DNA from: a virus
Lineage: Duplodnaviria > Heunggongvirae > Uroviricota > Caudoviricetes
IMG/VR virus record: IMGVR_UViG_3300031994_002305
Coordinates: 101,073-165,072 of that record
DNA: 64,000 nt
Reading direction: 5' to 3' (one strand)
This document shows positions 19,743-29,825 of this stretch, piece after piece (the stretch's first letter is position 1; the number at the start of each line of letters is the position of its first letter). The position numbers and the translations under genes are program-made. A model generated the notes under the pieces. It worked only from the letters and a program-made list of their open reading frames with translations, ran no database searches and was not told the DNA's origin.

Positions 19743-20245
19743 TTTAAATCTTGTAAAAAATCTTTAAGTTCTTTAAGATGTTCTTGCTCATCTGATAAAA
19801 TTTCTTTAAGTTTTGAATTAGATATTGGATCTATATCTTCTGTCATTTTAACTAGTTCTTCATAAGTCTCTATTGCACCTTCTTCATTCTTAATATTGTC
19901 TTCTAATGTTTTCTTAATATCAATATTACCTTTATTCCATGTTGGCGCAATATATTTATGTTTTGCTGTTTCCCATGAATTAGGAGACATTGTTATATCT
20001 TCAATTGTACCATCAAGCTGAGCAATACGTTTCATAAGCCAATATCCATGGTCTTCTAATTCATCTTTGGCAGTATCTTCATAGAATTTTTCAATATCTT
20101 TACGATCTGTTCCAGCTAACCATTCTTTAACAATTACATATCCATACCATGCATTAAGTTCTTCTTTTAATGCATTTTTCATGGCATCAATAATTTGTTG
20201 GTTATTATTTGAAGCTTCAATAATTAATTCATTAATAGATTTCAT
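19739..20245 (-). CDS. ferritin/bacterioferritin-like protein with CTS-like leader
   Basis: EELNAWYGY, DELEDH...KRIAQLDG, NEEGAIETY, DEQEH di-iron pattern; starts MKSINELIIE. Confidence 0.85.
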   Translation of the reverse strand: MKSINELIIEASNNNQQIIDAMKNALKEELNAWYGYVIVKEWLAGTDRKDIEKFYEDTAKDELEDHGYWLMKRIAQLDGTIEDITMSPNSWETAKHKYIAPTWNKGNIDIKKTLEDNIKNEEGAIETYEELVKMTEDIDPISNSKLKEILSDEQEHLKELKDFLQDLK

Positions 20246-20257
20246 ATTTAAATAATA

Positions 20258-20294
20258 TTTGAATTTTTTTGAAATAATAACTATATATTATTTG
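20258..20294 (+). promoter_or_regulatory. repeated early-type promoter
   Basis: TTTGAA-18-TATATA. Confidence 0.6.
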
Positions 20295-20311
20295 TTAAAA
20301 ATAAAATATAT

Positions 20312-20671
20312 ATGAATTGGCTAAAAAGAAATTATTGGTGGTTAACACTTGTTTTTATTGGATCTTTAATTCCTATTTGGATAATTGCACAAATTATTCA
20401 TTATAATTCAGAACCAAGACATAAGATTTATGTTGAATGGGTTGTGTATGATTCCGGTACAACCAGAACATGTCATGGAACTTATGAAATTGCTGGTGAA
20501 CAATATGGAATAAGAGATGAATGGCATAGTACAGGTAAACATGGTGGAGCTTATAGAGCCGTATCAATTATTGATAAAGATAATTGGGGTTCATATATTG
20601 AAAAACAATCTGTATGTATTTATACTGGTTTACATGATGTACAAGTTACTAAAATTGAAATAGTAGAATGA
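20312..20671 (+). CDS. membrane-anchored hypothetical protein
   Basis: N-terminal TM segment. Confidence 0.7.
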   Translation: MNWLKRNYWWLTLVFIGSLIPIWIIAQIIHYNSEPRHKIYVEWVVYDSGTTRTCHGTYEIAGEQYGIRDEWHSTGKHGGAYRAVSIIDKDNWGSYIEKQSVCIYTGLHDVQVTKIEIVE

Positions 20672-20864
20672 AAACTAAAATTAAGATCACAGAAATTAAT
20701 GAAAATATCATAGGTTGGCATGGAGATATGCTTAATAGATATTTTAATGAAACACTTATGTTACGACATGCTAGAAATGTTGGAGATGAAGAAACTGTAA
20801 ATAATTATGTTTTAGGACAGTTAAATAAGTGTAAGGAATTTGGTGGAATTAATTTTAAGAAGAT

Positions 20865-21278
20865 ATGAGAAAAGTTTTTATTAAAGATTTAGCAGAAGCA
20901 CGAGCAAAATCATTGTTTACAAAAGATTTTTTTCTTACCGTAACTGATTCGTGGTATCTTGATGAACTTTTTAGATTTGAAAATAACACCAAAAAAACAT
21001 TAGGTAAGAATCCTCGTAGAACTGAAAAGGATTATTACATGGAATTAATGAGTAATCTTTTTAATTCATACGAAGATAAATTCTATAGTGGTCCTCTTGC
21101 TCAAAATGCTTATGGAGAATGTATTAATTGTTTTGATAAATTATTACGAATAATTGAACAAAGCAATAAGAAATTCAGTCAATTTGATATTGATGAAGAT
21201 ACTATAAAAAAAATTAAAGATCTAGGCAATATATTTGTTTATAAACATAATGAATTTTGTGAAGATGCTAATAAGTAG
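20865..21278 (+). CDS. hypothetical protein
   Basis: 137 aa ORF. Confidence 0.7.
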   Translation: MRKVFIKDLAEARAKSLFTKDFFLTVTDSWYLDELFRFENNTKKTLGKNPRRTEKDYYMELMSNLFNSYEDKFYSGPLAQNAYGECINCFDKLLRIIEQSNKKFSQFDIDEDTIKKIKDLGNIFVYKHNEFCEDANK

Positions 21279-21516
21279 AAAACCATTTTGTAATAATTGT
21301 AAGAACAGAGGCACAGCTTGGGGTCCATCAGATTATAATTTATATCCATGCTCATGCGGCGCGGAAATACATAAGCTTCATCCTAATAAAATTATCGTAA
21401 AAGAAAGTGAGCCTGGAATGTATTTTGTTGGGGAACGACAAAGATGCCCTGACAAAAGATTTTTTGTTCCAATTTATACTAAAGAACAACAGTTACAGTA
21501 TAATCATCACAAATAA

Positions 21517-21552
21517 TTTGAATATTATTTAAAAAATACTATATTATAATTG
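21517..21552 (+). promoter_or_regulatory. repeated early-type promoter
   Basis: TTTGAA-17-TATATT. Confidence 0.7.
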
Positions 21553-21567
21553 TAATTATTAAAACTT

Positions 21568-22116
21568 ATGGAAAAAGTACTTTATATTTATGGCTTCGGT
21601 TCAAATCCAAAAGATTCTTCTACAATGAAAGTTTGCAAAGAAATAATGGAGGAATTGGGTTATGAACTTGTTTCTTATGAATATGACCAATATGAACCAA
21701 ATGAAGGTCTTAATGATTTGGAAGATTTCATTAGTGAAAATAATATTAAGCATGTAATTGGACATTCTCTTGGTGGTTTTCTTACATTGTGTTTGAATTC
21801 AAATGTTAAGAAGTTGGTTATTAATCCATGTATGAAACCGCAATTTGAACTTCCTAAACTTGGTAAAGTTTCTCCAGGAATGCTTTATGATTATGAAGCT
21901 TTGGAAGAGTGGTTGAAGAGTGGAGATGATACTCCTTGGGTAAGTCAAACTGATGAAGTAATGGGATTGTTTGGTAATGATGATGAGTTATTTAGTTATT
22001 ATGAATCATTTAAGAAACGATACCCGCGAAGCTATAAATTTAATTCAACTCATCGCCCAACAGTTGAAAGTTTTACAGAAGATATCAAAACAAAAATAAA
22101 GGAGTTCTTTTGTTAG
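21568..22116 (+). CDS. YqiA/YcfP-like alpha/beta esterase
   Basis: YIYGFGS, IGHSLGGF nucleophile elbow, INP, DDE...H triad pattern. Confidence 0.85.
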   Translation: MEKVLYIYGFGSNPKDSSTMKVCKEIMEELGYELVSYEYDQYEPNEGLNDLEDFISENNIKHVIGHSLGGFLTLCLNSNVKKLVINPCMKPQFELPKLGKVSPGMLYDYEALEEWLKSGDDTPWVSQTDEVMGLFGNDDELFSYYESFKKRYPRSYKFNSTHRPTVESFTEDIKTKIKEFFC

Positions 22117-22124
22117 AACTCCTT
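22099..22124. terminator. hairpin between convergent genes
   Basis: AAGGAGTTCT...AGAACTCCTT. Confidence 0.7.
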
Positions 22125-22164
22125 AGTTTTTAACTCATATCCCAAATTAGACGTTTAATATCTT

Positions 22165-22785
22165 TTATGCTTTATATAATAAATTTTCTTTAAATATTTC
22201 TTTTCTATTTACATCCAATATTCTTGTAATTTGAATCGGTGCATCTTCTTCTAATGTTAATTCATATTCATCTGGATCAATTATATTTGCTGCTATAGTT
22301 TCTTCCCAATTAACATCTTTTGGATCAACTAATGCACATATTGTAATATTGTTTCTTGAACTACTTACTGCTCCATGAGAATCTCCCATACCTTCCATGA
22401 ATGTCCAATAGATACCTATATTTCCTTTATATTTAGAAAATGAATCATTTAAAGAAATAACACGTTCAATTTTAATTAAGCCTCTTTCTAATTCTAATGT
22501 TAATTGTTCATCAACAATATCTTTTATATATTTTATAAAATTTTCTTCATCATCTTCTACCGAATCAATATCGTGTTCTTCACAATAATCTTCAGCATAT
22601 ACAGTATTATTGATATTTAAATAAAATTTAGGATTATTAAAGGGATTACATTCATTAAAATAATCATAATAAGATTTTGAATTATTCTTAAGTTCACCAG
22701 GCTTTGAATTTTCTTTAAGAAACTCTATAAATTTTTCAATATGTTCATTTAAAGATTCTATGATATATCGACTTAGCATTTTCAT
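22165..22785 (-). CDS. CTS-leader protein, possible ADP-ribosyltransferase fold
   Basis: starts MKMLSRYIIE; ERVI / GIYWT / DEYEL spacing resembles R-S-ExE ARTs (inference). Confidence 0.45.
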   Translation of the reverse strand: MKMLSRYIIESLNEHIEKFIEFLKENSKPGELKNNSKSYYDYFNECNPFNNPKFYLNINNTVYAEDYCEEHDIDSVEDDEENFIKYIKDIVDEQLTLELERGLIKIERVISLNDSFSKYKGNIGIYWTFMEGMGDSHGAVSSSRNNITICALVDPKDVNWEETIAANIIDPDEYELTLEEDAPIQITRILDVNRKEIFKENLLYKA

Positions 22786-22786
22786 C

Positions 22787-23416
22787 TTATTGTTGTTCTA
22801 ATAACTTTGAATCTGTTTTATCATCAGCATCATATTTACGAGCTAGTTCTTTAAGTTTTTGACGTACTTCTTCCGGTACATCTACTTTACCTTTTGGATT
22901 ACCCATCATAAGTTTAGTATGTGGGTGACCACCAATTTTTCTTGTATAGTAATATCCATCAGGCTTTATTTCAATGAATTTTTTATCTTTCATTATTTCT
23001 TGTGCAATCTCAGCTTTAACTGGCATAGCACCTTGATTAAACATTGTTGAAACAGCTTTACCAGAAAATTCTCCCCATGCTTGTCTTTCTGGAAGTAAAT
23101 TATCTTCAATCATAATTTTCTTAAGAGATTGAACTCCTAATTCAGTTCCATCTGTACCCGCATAACATGCTTTACGACCCCCTCTTTTATTGTTATATAC
23201 GATACAAGCAACTATCTTTCCTTCTTTACGAACTAATTTCCATAATGTTGTTTCATCTATTAATTGGTCAACAGAATCCATACCTGCCATACCACCACAA
23301 TATTCGTATGATTTATTTAAAATCTTCCAAACATCATTAGCGTATTTTTTCATATCTTCTGGTCTATGACAATTAACAAAATGCTCAGTTATTATATATT
23401 CTTTTAAATTTTTCAT
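22787..23416 (-). CDS. CTS-leader hypothetical protein (possible GNAT-like fold)
   Basis: starts MKNLKEYIITE; VWKILNKSY..CGG and GTDG motifs. Confidence 0.6.
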   Translation of the reverse strand: MKNLKEYIITEHFVNCHRPEDMKKYANDVWKILNKSYEYCGGMAGMDSVDQLIDETTLWKLVRKEGKIVACIVYNNKRGGRKACYAGTDGTELGVQSLKKIMIEDNLLPERQAWGEFSGKAVSTMFNQGAMPVKAEIAQEIMKDKKFIEIKPDGYYYTRKIGGHPHTKLMMGNPKGKVDVPEEVRQKLKELARKYDADDKTDSKLLEQQ

Positions 23417-23422
23417 ATATAA

Positions 23423-23452
23423 TTTGAATTTTTTAAATAATATTCTATTTTG
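23423..23452 (+). promoter_or_regulatory. repeated early-type promoter
   Basis: TTTGAA-17-TATTTT. Confidence 0.6.
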
Positions 23453-23891
23453 TATATATAATAATAAAAATTATGACAAAATATCCATATTATATTGCAG
23501 CATATTTTAATGCTGGAATTCTTAGAAAAATATTTGATAATCATAAGTTTGCGTGTTATAATTGTTGTATGGATGCTATACGCAAACTTTTGGAAAATAA
23601 ATGGGTGAAGAAAATGTTTGGATCTCAGATAGTTATTTTGGAATATGCTGGCAAACATCAAATAAAAATTATTAATGTTATTGAAAACGGTCAAGGCCAC
23701 ATTATTGCAGAACCAATAAAATACGATTATGAGAAGCAATGTTAAACTTGAATGCATTATTGTTCCAAATAAAGGATCATTTGTAGTTGGTAATACTTAT
23801 ATAGGATTTGATCATTGGTATAATGCAGACGCTGGTGAAACAGAAATGGTGATTACTGATGATAATAATAATTTACAGAAATTTAGAGATT

Positions 23892-24605
23892 ATGAGTGGT
23901 ATAAATATTTCAGAGAAACCAATTAAGAATATACTTTGTTATTCTCATTATGATTTTGATAAGATCATGGAGAAAAATGGATGGATAGAATCACCACCTA
24001 AAGGTGTATCATGCATCTCTATTTGTTCTCCAAATGAGGGAGATTTATCTGAACATTGGTTTAAAGATTCAATTTTTGTGGGAGAAGAAGGTGCAGCAAT
24101 CTTAAAACGTAATTTTAGAGTATTTAATCTCGATATTGATGATGCTAGTCCATTTTGGTTTGATAATCATGAGAGTGAATGTTACGATAAATCATTAGAT
24201 TTATATAAAGATGGAAAAAAGAAACAATCAAATGCTTACTTTAATAACCTCTACATATCTGGTAAGAATAGAGAATTCGTGGATATCATTCACGTTCTCG
24301 ATTATGAAGAGGCATATGACCTTGTTGATTGGATTGATTGGCGAATCAAACATGACGACACTATTTACGTTCACTGTGCCGTTGGAGCAAGCAGAAGTCA
24401 AGGAGTTGTTAGATATATTGTCGATACCTATGGAGGAGAATATGATATTAGATTAAATCCAAATAATCCTAATAATACATATAATCCCCATGTCGTACTA
24501 ATGCTTAAGAGAGCTTATATAACATTTATGCAAGATATGGGTGATTCATATTTACAAACTGAACCAATGAAATTTAACGAAAATATTAAATTAAATTTAC
24601 TATGA
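23892..24605 (+). CDS. protein-tyrosine/dual-specificity phosphatase
   Basis: VHCAVGASRS = CX5R P-loop; likely start MSGINISEK at 23892. Confidence 0.8.
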   Translation: MSGINISEKPIKNILCYSHYDFDKIMEKNGWIESPPKGVSCISICSPNEGDLSEHWFKDSIFVGEEGAAILKRNFRVFNLDIDDASPFWFDNHESECYDKSLDLYKDGKKKQSNAYFNNLYISGKNREFVDIIHVLDYEEAYDLVDWIDWRIKHDDTIYVHCAVGASRSQGVVRYIVDTYGGEYDIRLNPNNPNNTYNPHVVLMLKRAYITFMQDMGDSYLQTEPMKFNENIKLNLL

Positions 24606-24698
24606 GTGAACAAGAAAAAGAAAGATTGCACCAAATTCAACATGTAGAATTGGACGCGGATTATTTAAGAGAAATATATAGACAAGCAGACAAATAAT

Positions 24699-25007
24699 AT
24701 GAAAAGGTTATTTATATTTTTATTTTGCTTAATAATAATGAGTTGTGGGTGTGGTCATAAAGAAGGTGAACATATTCCAAATGATACGATGCTTTGCGTA
24801 GTAGATTATAAGGCAAGAACTTGGAGTTATAATGTTGTGTTTCATATGCCAGAATGGAAATATAAAGTAACATTTAGAAATATACAAACTGGTAATACAA
24901 GTATAATTCATAAAAAATTATTTTATGATATGTTTAATGAAGGTGATACAATTTATGAAATCGTACAACATTGCCCTTATTATAGAGTAGAACTAAAAAA
25001 TAGATAA
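24699..25007 (+). CDS. putative lipoprotein
   Basis: hydrophobic leader followed by SCGCG. Confidence 0.55.
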   Translation: MKRLFIFLFCLIIMSCGCGHKEGEHIPNDTMLCVVDYKARTWSYNVVFHMPEWKYKVTFRNIQTGNTSIIHKKLFYDMFNEGDTIYEIVQHCPYYRVELKNR

Positions 25008-25008
25008 T

Positions 25009-25206
25009 ATGAGTACAATACAAGAAATTGCAGAAAAATTGGTTAATCTTTCTGTTAAAGAAGTTAATGAACTTTCAATGATTCTGAAGAATGATTCTAT
25101 TGAACCAGCCAGATATAATATGTATGATGTTAAACCACAAAAAATAATGACTCCTAAGCAATATGGACAACAACAAATTCAAAGAAAAATTAGAAGACAT
25201 CCGTGA
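25009..25206 (+). CDS. ribosomal protein bL12 (L7/L12) N-terminal domain homolog lacking the C-terminal domain
   Basis: IAEKLVNLSVKEVNELSMILK...IEPA matches the recalled Bacteroidetes bL12 NTD; followed by a basic tail. Confidence 0.75.
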   Translation: MSTIQEIAEKLVNLSVKEVNELSMILKNDSIEPARYNMYDVKPQKIMTPKQYGQQQIQRKIRRHP

Positions 25207-25447
25207 AAAATATGGAATGCAATATGCATTATTTTGGATGGGATATTATTTATGGAAAGCTGACCAAGAAAAACTTGAAGAGGAAGCAAAAAAATCATTA
25301 GAAGAAATCCAAAAATCATTTGAGGAACATAAGAAAAAAGAAGAAGAACTAAGATTTTATTTTGAGCATCCTGAATTAATGCCAAAAGTTACTTCACCAA
25401 AAGAATATGGAATGTCTTTAAAGAAAAATAAACGATATAAATATTGA
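25163..25447 (+). CDS. hypothetical protein with SPKEYG basic tail
   Basis: 94 aa ORF. Confidence 0.7.
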   Translation: MDNNKFKEKLEDIREKYGMQYALFWMGYYLWKADQEKLEEEAKKSLEEIQKSFEEHKKKEEELRFYFEHPELMPKVTSPKEYGMSLKKNKRYKY

Positions 25448-25497
25448 ATTAATATTATTTAGTTTCTATATATTATACAATAATCAAGCAAACAAAT

Positions 25498-25656
25498 ATG
25501 AATAAAACAGATTTGAAAACAGATGAACTTAAGATTGCCTATAAGGTAATTACTAAGATTATGAAAACAAATAATCTAATGAGAGATAATTCTTTTAATA
25601 GAGTTCGTAATTGGATATCTAATTCACTTTGTGATTCATTGACAGATGACGAATAA
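25498..25656 (+). CDS. small hypothetical protein (52 aa, not in track)
   Basis: directly follows promoter ATTGAA-18-TATATA and AATCAAGCAAA leader. Confidence 0.6.
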   Translation: MNKTDLKTDELKIAYKVITKIMKTNNLMRDNSFNRVRNWISNSLCDSLTDDE

Positions 25657-25814
25657 ACTTAAAACATATTTACAATGGAGATGCTTAAAGAATTGGCCAG
25701 GAAAATATATTAAGACTAATTTATATATTGATCTTTGGATCTCTAATGTAACACATACTCAATGTGAGTATTTTGAAAAGGAAATGAATAATTTAATTAA
25801 TAGAGGAATTTATA

Positions 25815-26162
25815 ATGGGTAGGCAACGAAAATTCATTATTGTAAAGGATTGGTCTGGTAAGAATATTGAAATTCGTATTGGATATCCTATATATCATCG
25901 TGATTTGTTAAATAAGTCTGATGAAAAAAATAATATTGACTGCTACGGTGGTGGTTATTGGTCTGTAGATTTTGAAAATAAAACAATTAAACTTTATGGT
26001 TCATCTGATGATTTTGGAAAACCAAATAAAGATGATATTCAAAAGGCAATCAAAAAATTGGATCCACATGATTGGTGGCAAATAGGACATGCAATTGAAT
26101 CTTCATATGACCTCGATAATGATGAGGAATATGATAGTTTTAAGTTTATTGTAGATTATTAG
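25815..26162 (+). CDS. hypothetical protein
   Basis: 115 aa; HRDLL...YGGGYW...LYGSSDDFG. Confidence 0.75.
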   Translation: MGRQRKFIIVKDWSGKNIEIRIGYPIYHRDLLNKSDEKNNIDCYGGGYWSVDFENKTIKLYGSSDDFGKPNKDDIQKAIKKLDPHDWWQIGHAIESSYDLDNDEEYDSFKFIVDY

Positions 26163-26234
26163 TAAATTAAATTATTTATAAATCTAAGTCATTCTAGATA
26201 GCTCTAATGACGATTAATTAAATACAATTGAATT

Positions 26235-26612
26235 ATGATTAAAAACTTTAATTTAACGGGAGAAATTCAAAATATTTTGTGCGATATGGTAATTGATATT
26301 CATAAACTACTTGATGAGGCACAGAATACAAAAGTTAACATAACAATTGGAAATGCAGCCAATATTTCTAAATTTAATGATCGTATTGTAAGCATTTTTA
26401 ATTATGTTAATTCAATGTATAAGGAGTTTATTGAGACTGGTAACTATGAGGCAACAATTTCTCGCATGATGTATTTGTATTCTTGTATTGATAAGAATTA
26501 TAATTATAAAGAAGGTACATATCCTTATAAATCAATTAATTCAATTAAAGATGTTATTGATAGTGCTTGGGATGATTTAAGTAATTTAATTAAGAACTAT
26601 TACAATTTTTAA
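26235..26612 (+). CDS. hypothetical protein
   Basis: 125 aa ORF. Confidence 0.75.
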   Translation: MIKNFNLTGEIQNILCDMVIDIHKLLDEAQNTKVNITIGNAANISKFNDRIVSIFNYVNSMYKEFIETGNYEATISRMMYLYSCIDKNYNYKEGTYPYKSINSIKDVIDSAWDDLSNLIKNYYNF

Positions 26613-26615
26613 TGT

Positions 26616-27101
26616 ATGAAGAAAAATAAGATTATTCGTAAGCTTTATAATGCATTGATTGATAAGGGTTTTGATGATAATAAGTATAACGAAGTTATGG
26701 GTTATACTCGCGATAAGTTTGAAAATCCTATTTATGTAAAAAAACTTATTGTTGAAGGTGTTGAAGGAATTGATTCTATTGCAGTAACTGCAACAGAAAA
26801 AGATTTTGAAGATGCATGTGATGCAAATATTCGTGTTGCTTATAATGATCATAATATTGGTAAACGTGTATTTGTTTATGCTAATGAACTAAATGGCCAG
26901 GTTTTGGATAATATTTTAAATGCTATTATTAAGAAGTATTATCCAGTTTCTAAGGTATGTCATTGGAAACGTCTATGGGATGTTGTTGAAAATTCATATT
27001 ATAATAATGGAAAAACATTTATTGGTAATGTTGAAGTACCAGTTAATTCATTGGCATTTATTTTAAATGATTATAAGGAATATCAGAATTTAGAAATTTA
27101 A
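26616..27101 (+). CDS. hypothetical protein
   Basis: 161 aa ORF. Confidence 0.75.
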   Translation: MKKNKIIRKLYNALIDKGFDDNKYNEVMGYTRDKFENPIYVKKLIVEGVEGIDSIAVTATEKDFEDACDANIRVAYNDHNIGKRVFVYANELNGQVLDNILNAIIKKYYPVSKVCHWKRLWDVVENSYYNNGKTFIGNVEVPVNSLAFILNDYKEYQNLEI

Positions 27102-28337
27102 TTATGAGTTGGAGCATAAGTGAATTAGATAAGGATAAGACAGAGCAATCAATTGCGAATGAATCAGCTCGTCTTGATAGTTGTAGAGAAGCATTGGATA
27201 AGCTCAAGAAGGAATATGAACAAAAGCGATATCATTTTATTCATGTAGTTCTTGCACAAATGGAAGATAAAATAACAACATTGGAAACTTCTATTGCATC
27301 AGGAGAAAAATTTCTTGAAGAATGCAAGAATCATTTGAAAACTTTTGAAAATTAAATTTTTAAGTACTATTATTAATTATCAAACAAATAATAAATGAAA
27401 TACTTAGGTTTTGATGGCGGTTGGTTAATTGAAAATTTTGCTATTTTACCTAGCATTAGTTATAGTTGGATGAGAACTAATAAAGCTGGTCTTTGTTGGT
27501 CTGTACAATTTGCATGGCTATGGTGGTATTTTGATTTTGGAACTATTCGTAAGAAACTTAAAGAACAAGGATATTAATATGATTGAAATTAAAATAGCAG
27601 AAGTATATTATTCTGAAGATCCTAAGCAAGCAGCGATTTTACGTACTGACTGTGAAAAGTTTATTGAAGGATTTAAGAAATTGTGTAATTTAACAAATAT
27701 GCATAATGTTGATGTATATAATTTACATTCCGTAAATATTCCTACAAAATTGAAATTTAATGATGGGTCATCAATAGGTATTGGTAAATTATTTGAAGAG
27801 ATAGGATTTGAATAATGAATTATGATAATAAAAATGCTTTCCCATGTGAATTTGATTGGGTATTCATACTTAAAAAAATGAAACAATTTGACGTAGATTT
27901 TGCTAGTTTATATGGCGTAAAGATTTTTGAAAAGGATTTTTCTGGAGCTATTAAACGTTCATTAAAACATGGGCCTATTCATTTAAACAAAGAATATATT
28001 AATGCAATATTACGAAAATATAACAAAAAATGAAATTCTATACGCATATAATTATTTGCTGTATATGAATAAATATCCTGGAACGGCGTGCTTGCATTGG
28101 TATTCCATGACAACCAGTACATTTAAATCACGTCAGAAATTTCCTGAGATATATGATTTTGGATTTTTATATCCTGATATGTCAATATGGTTTACACCAG
28201 AAAAAGGAAAAGAAGTTCTTCATATTAGAGAAGATTTTGATAATACATTAATGAAAGATATAATTAAAGATATGGATTCATTTATTGAATCTATGAACGA
28301 ATTAATAAACATAAACAAATAAATAAGGAGATAAACT

Positions 28338-29786
28338 ATGAGTAAATTAAATTCCACAAAAAAGTCTTCAACACTTAAGGCTAATCAAGTAACTGTTGGT
28401 GAAATTGCAGGTTGTGTTACAAATACAGCTGCAGCTCAAACAAATATACAGTATCTTCGTCGTCTTGTACTTGCCAATCTTCTTTGGGAGGACATTGCGT
28501 ATGCAGACGGTATAAGTATCGCTGGAGAGATTAAGCGTCTTATTCCACTTTGTGATCCAAAGGATGTAGCTTTACTTACAATTGAAGCGCGTACAATGCA
28601 AAAGCTTCGTCATACACCTCTTTTCCTTGCGGTTGAGATGTGTAAGCATGATGCTACTCGTGCATATGTTCGTGAAGTACTTCCAAAGATTATAACTCGT
28701 GCAGATATGCTTACTGATTTCATGGCTCTTTATTGGGCTGATGGAAAGTGTCCTATCTGTAATGCAGCAAAGAAGGGTCTTGCAGATGCGTTCCATAACT
28801 TTAAGGAATATCATTTTGCTAAATACGACCGTGATGCTGAGATTAAGCTTCGTGACGTAATGTTCATGGTTCGCCCAAAGCCACAGAATCAATTGGAGGA
28901 AGCTCTTTACAAAAAGATTGCTGACCGTACTCTTGAAACACCAGAGACATGGGAGGTACTTCTTTCACTTGCTCACACACCAAGTGAGAAGTCAGCTGTT
29001 TGGACAAAACTTATTACAGAAGGTAAGCTTGGTGGTATGGCTATGCTTATGAATATTCGTAATATGCAGCAAGCTGGTGTTCCTCGTCCAATTATTGAGC
29101 AAGGTCTTAATAATATTAATGGAACTATGCTTCTTCCACTTCAGTTCCTTAAGGCAAGACAAGAATCATCCGGTTTTGACCGTGAGATTGAAGATGCTAT
29201 GCTTAAGTCATATGCTAACCTTCCTAAGCTTCCAGGTAAGACTCTATTTATCGTAGACGTATCAGGTTCTATGGGATGTGAAGTTTCATCTAAATCAAAA
29301 TTCTCACGTATTGATGTTGCAGCTGCTATGGCCATGCTTGCAGCTAATCAATGTGAAGATTTTGAATTAGTATGTACTGCTGGCGATGACTGGAAATTAG
29401 TTGAAGCACAAGAACGTATTAAGTATCCTTCTAAAGGATTTAAGATGATTGATGATATTCATTCAGCTGCACATAGATGTGGTGGGGGTGGTATATTCAC
29501 ATATCAATGTCTTGAAAAACTTCGTAAGGAGCTTGGTGATAAGATTCATACTTATGATCGCGTAATTGTGTTCTCAGATTCTGCTGATATTGATGTAGCA
29601 CATGGTAAGAATGTTAAGCCACGTCCATTTGGTAAATATAATTACATTTGTGACGTATCTTCTCATAAGCATGGTATCGCATATAAGGGTGTATGGACTG
29701 CAGAGATCACTGGTTGGTCAGAGCACTTCTTAACTTATATTGCAGCCTTTGAAGGTATTGAAAATGCCTTTGGTGATTTGAATTAG
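28338..29786 (+). CDS. TROVE domain (Ro60/Rsr) RNA-binding protein with C-terminal vWA domain
   Basis: LRRLVLANLLWED, LRHTPL, RADMLTDF, FAKYDR...KLRDV, TWE, NIRNM, VDVSGSM, VFSD, ITGWSE. Confidence 0.92.
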   Translation: MSKLNSTKKSSTLKANQVTVGEIAGCVTNTAAAQTNIQYLRRLVLANLLWEDIAYADGISIAGEIKRLIPLCDPKDVALLTIEARTMQKLRHTPLFLAVEMCKHDATRAYVREVLPKIITRADMLTDFMALYWADGKCPICNAAKKGLADAFHNFKEYHFAKYDRDAEIKLRDVMFMVRPKPQNQLEEALYKKIADRTLETPETWEVLLSLAHTPSEKSAVWTKLITEGKLGGMAMLMNIRNMQQAGVPRPIIEQGLNNINGTMLLPLQFLKARQESSGFDREIEDAMLKSYANLPKLPGKTLFIVDVSGSMGCEVSSKSKFSRIDVAAAMAMLAANQCEDFELVCTAGDDWKLVEAQERIKYPSKGFKMIDDIHSAAHRCGGGGIFTYQCLEKLRKELGDKIHTYDRVIVFSDSADIDVAHGKNVKPRPFGKYNYICDVSSHKHGIAYKGVWTAEITGWSEHFLTYIAAFEGIENAFGDLN

Positions 29787-29825
29787 TATAGACTAATAAT
29801 CTATATTAATTTAATCTTATTGAAA

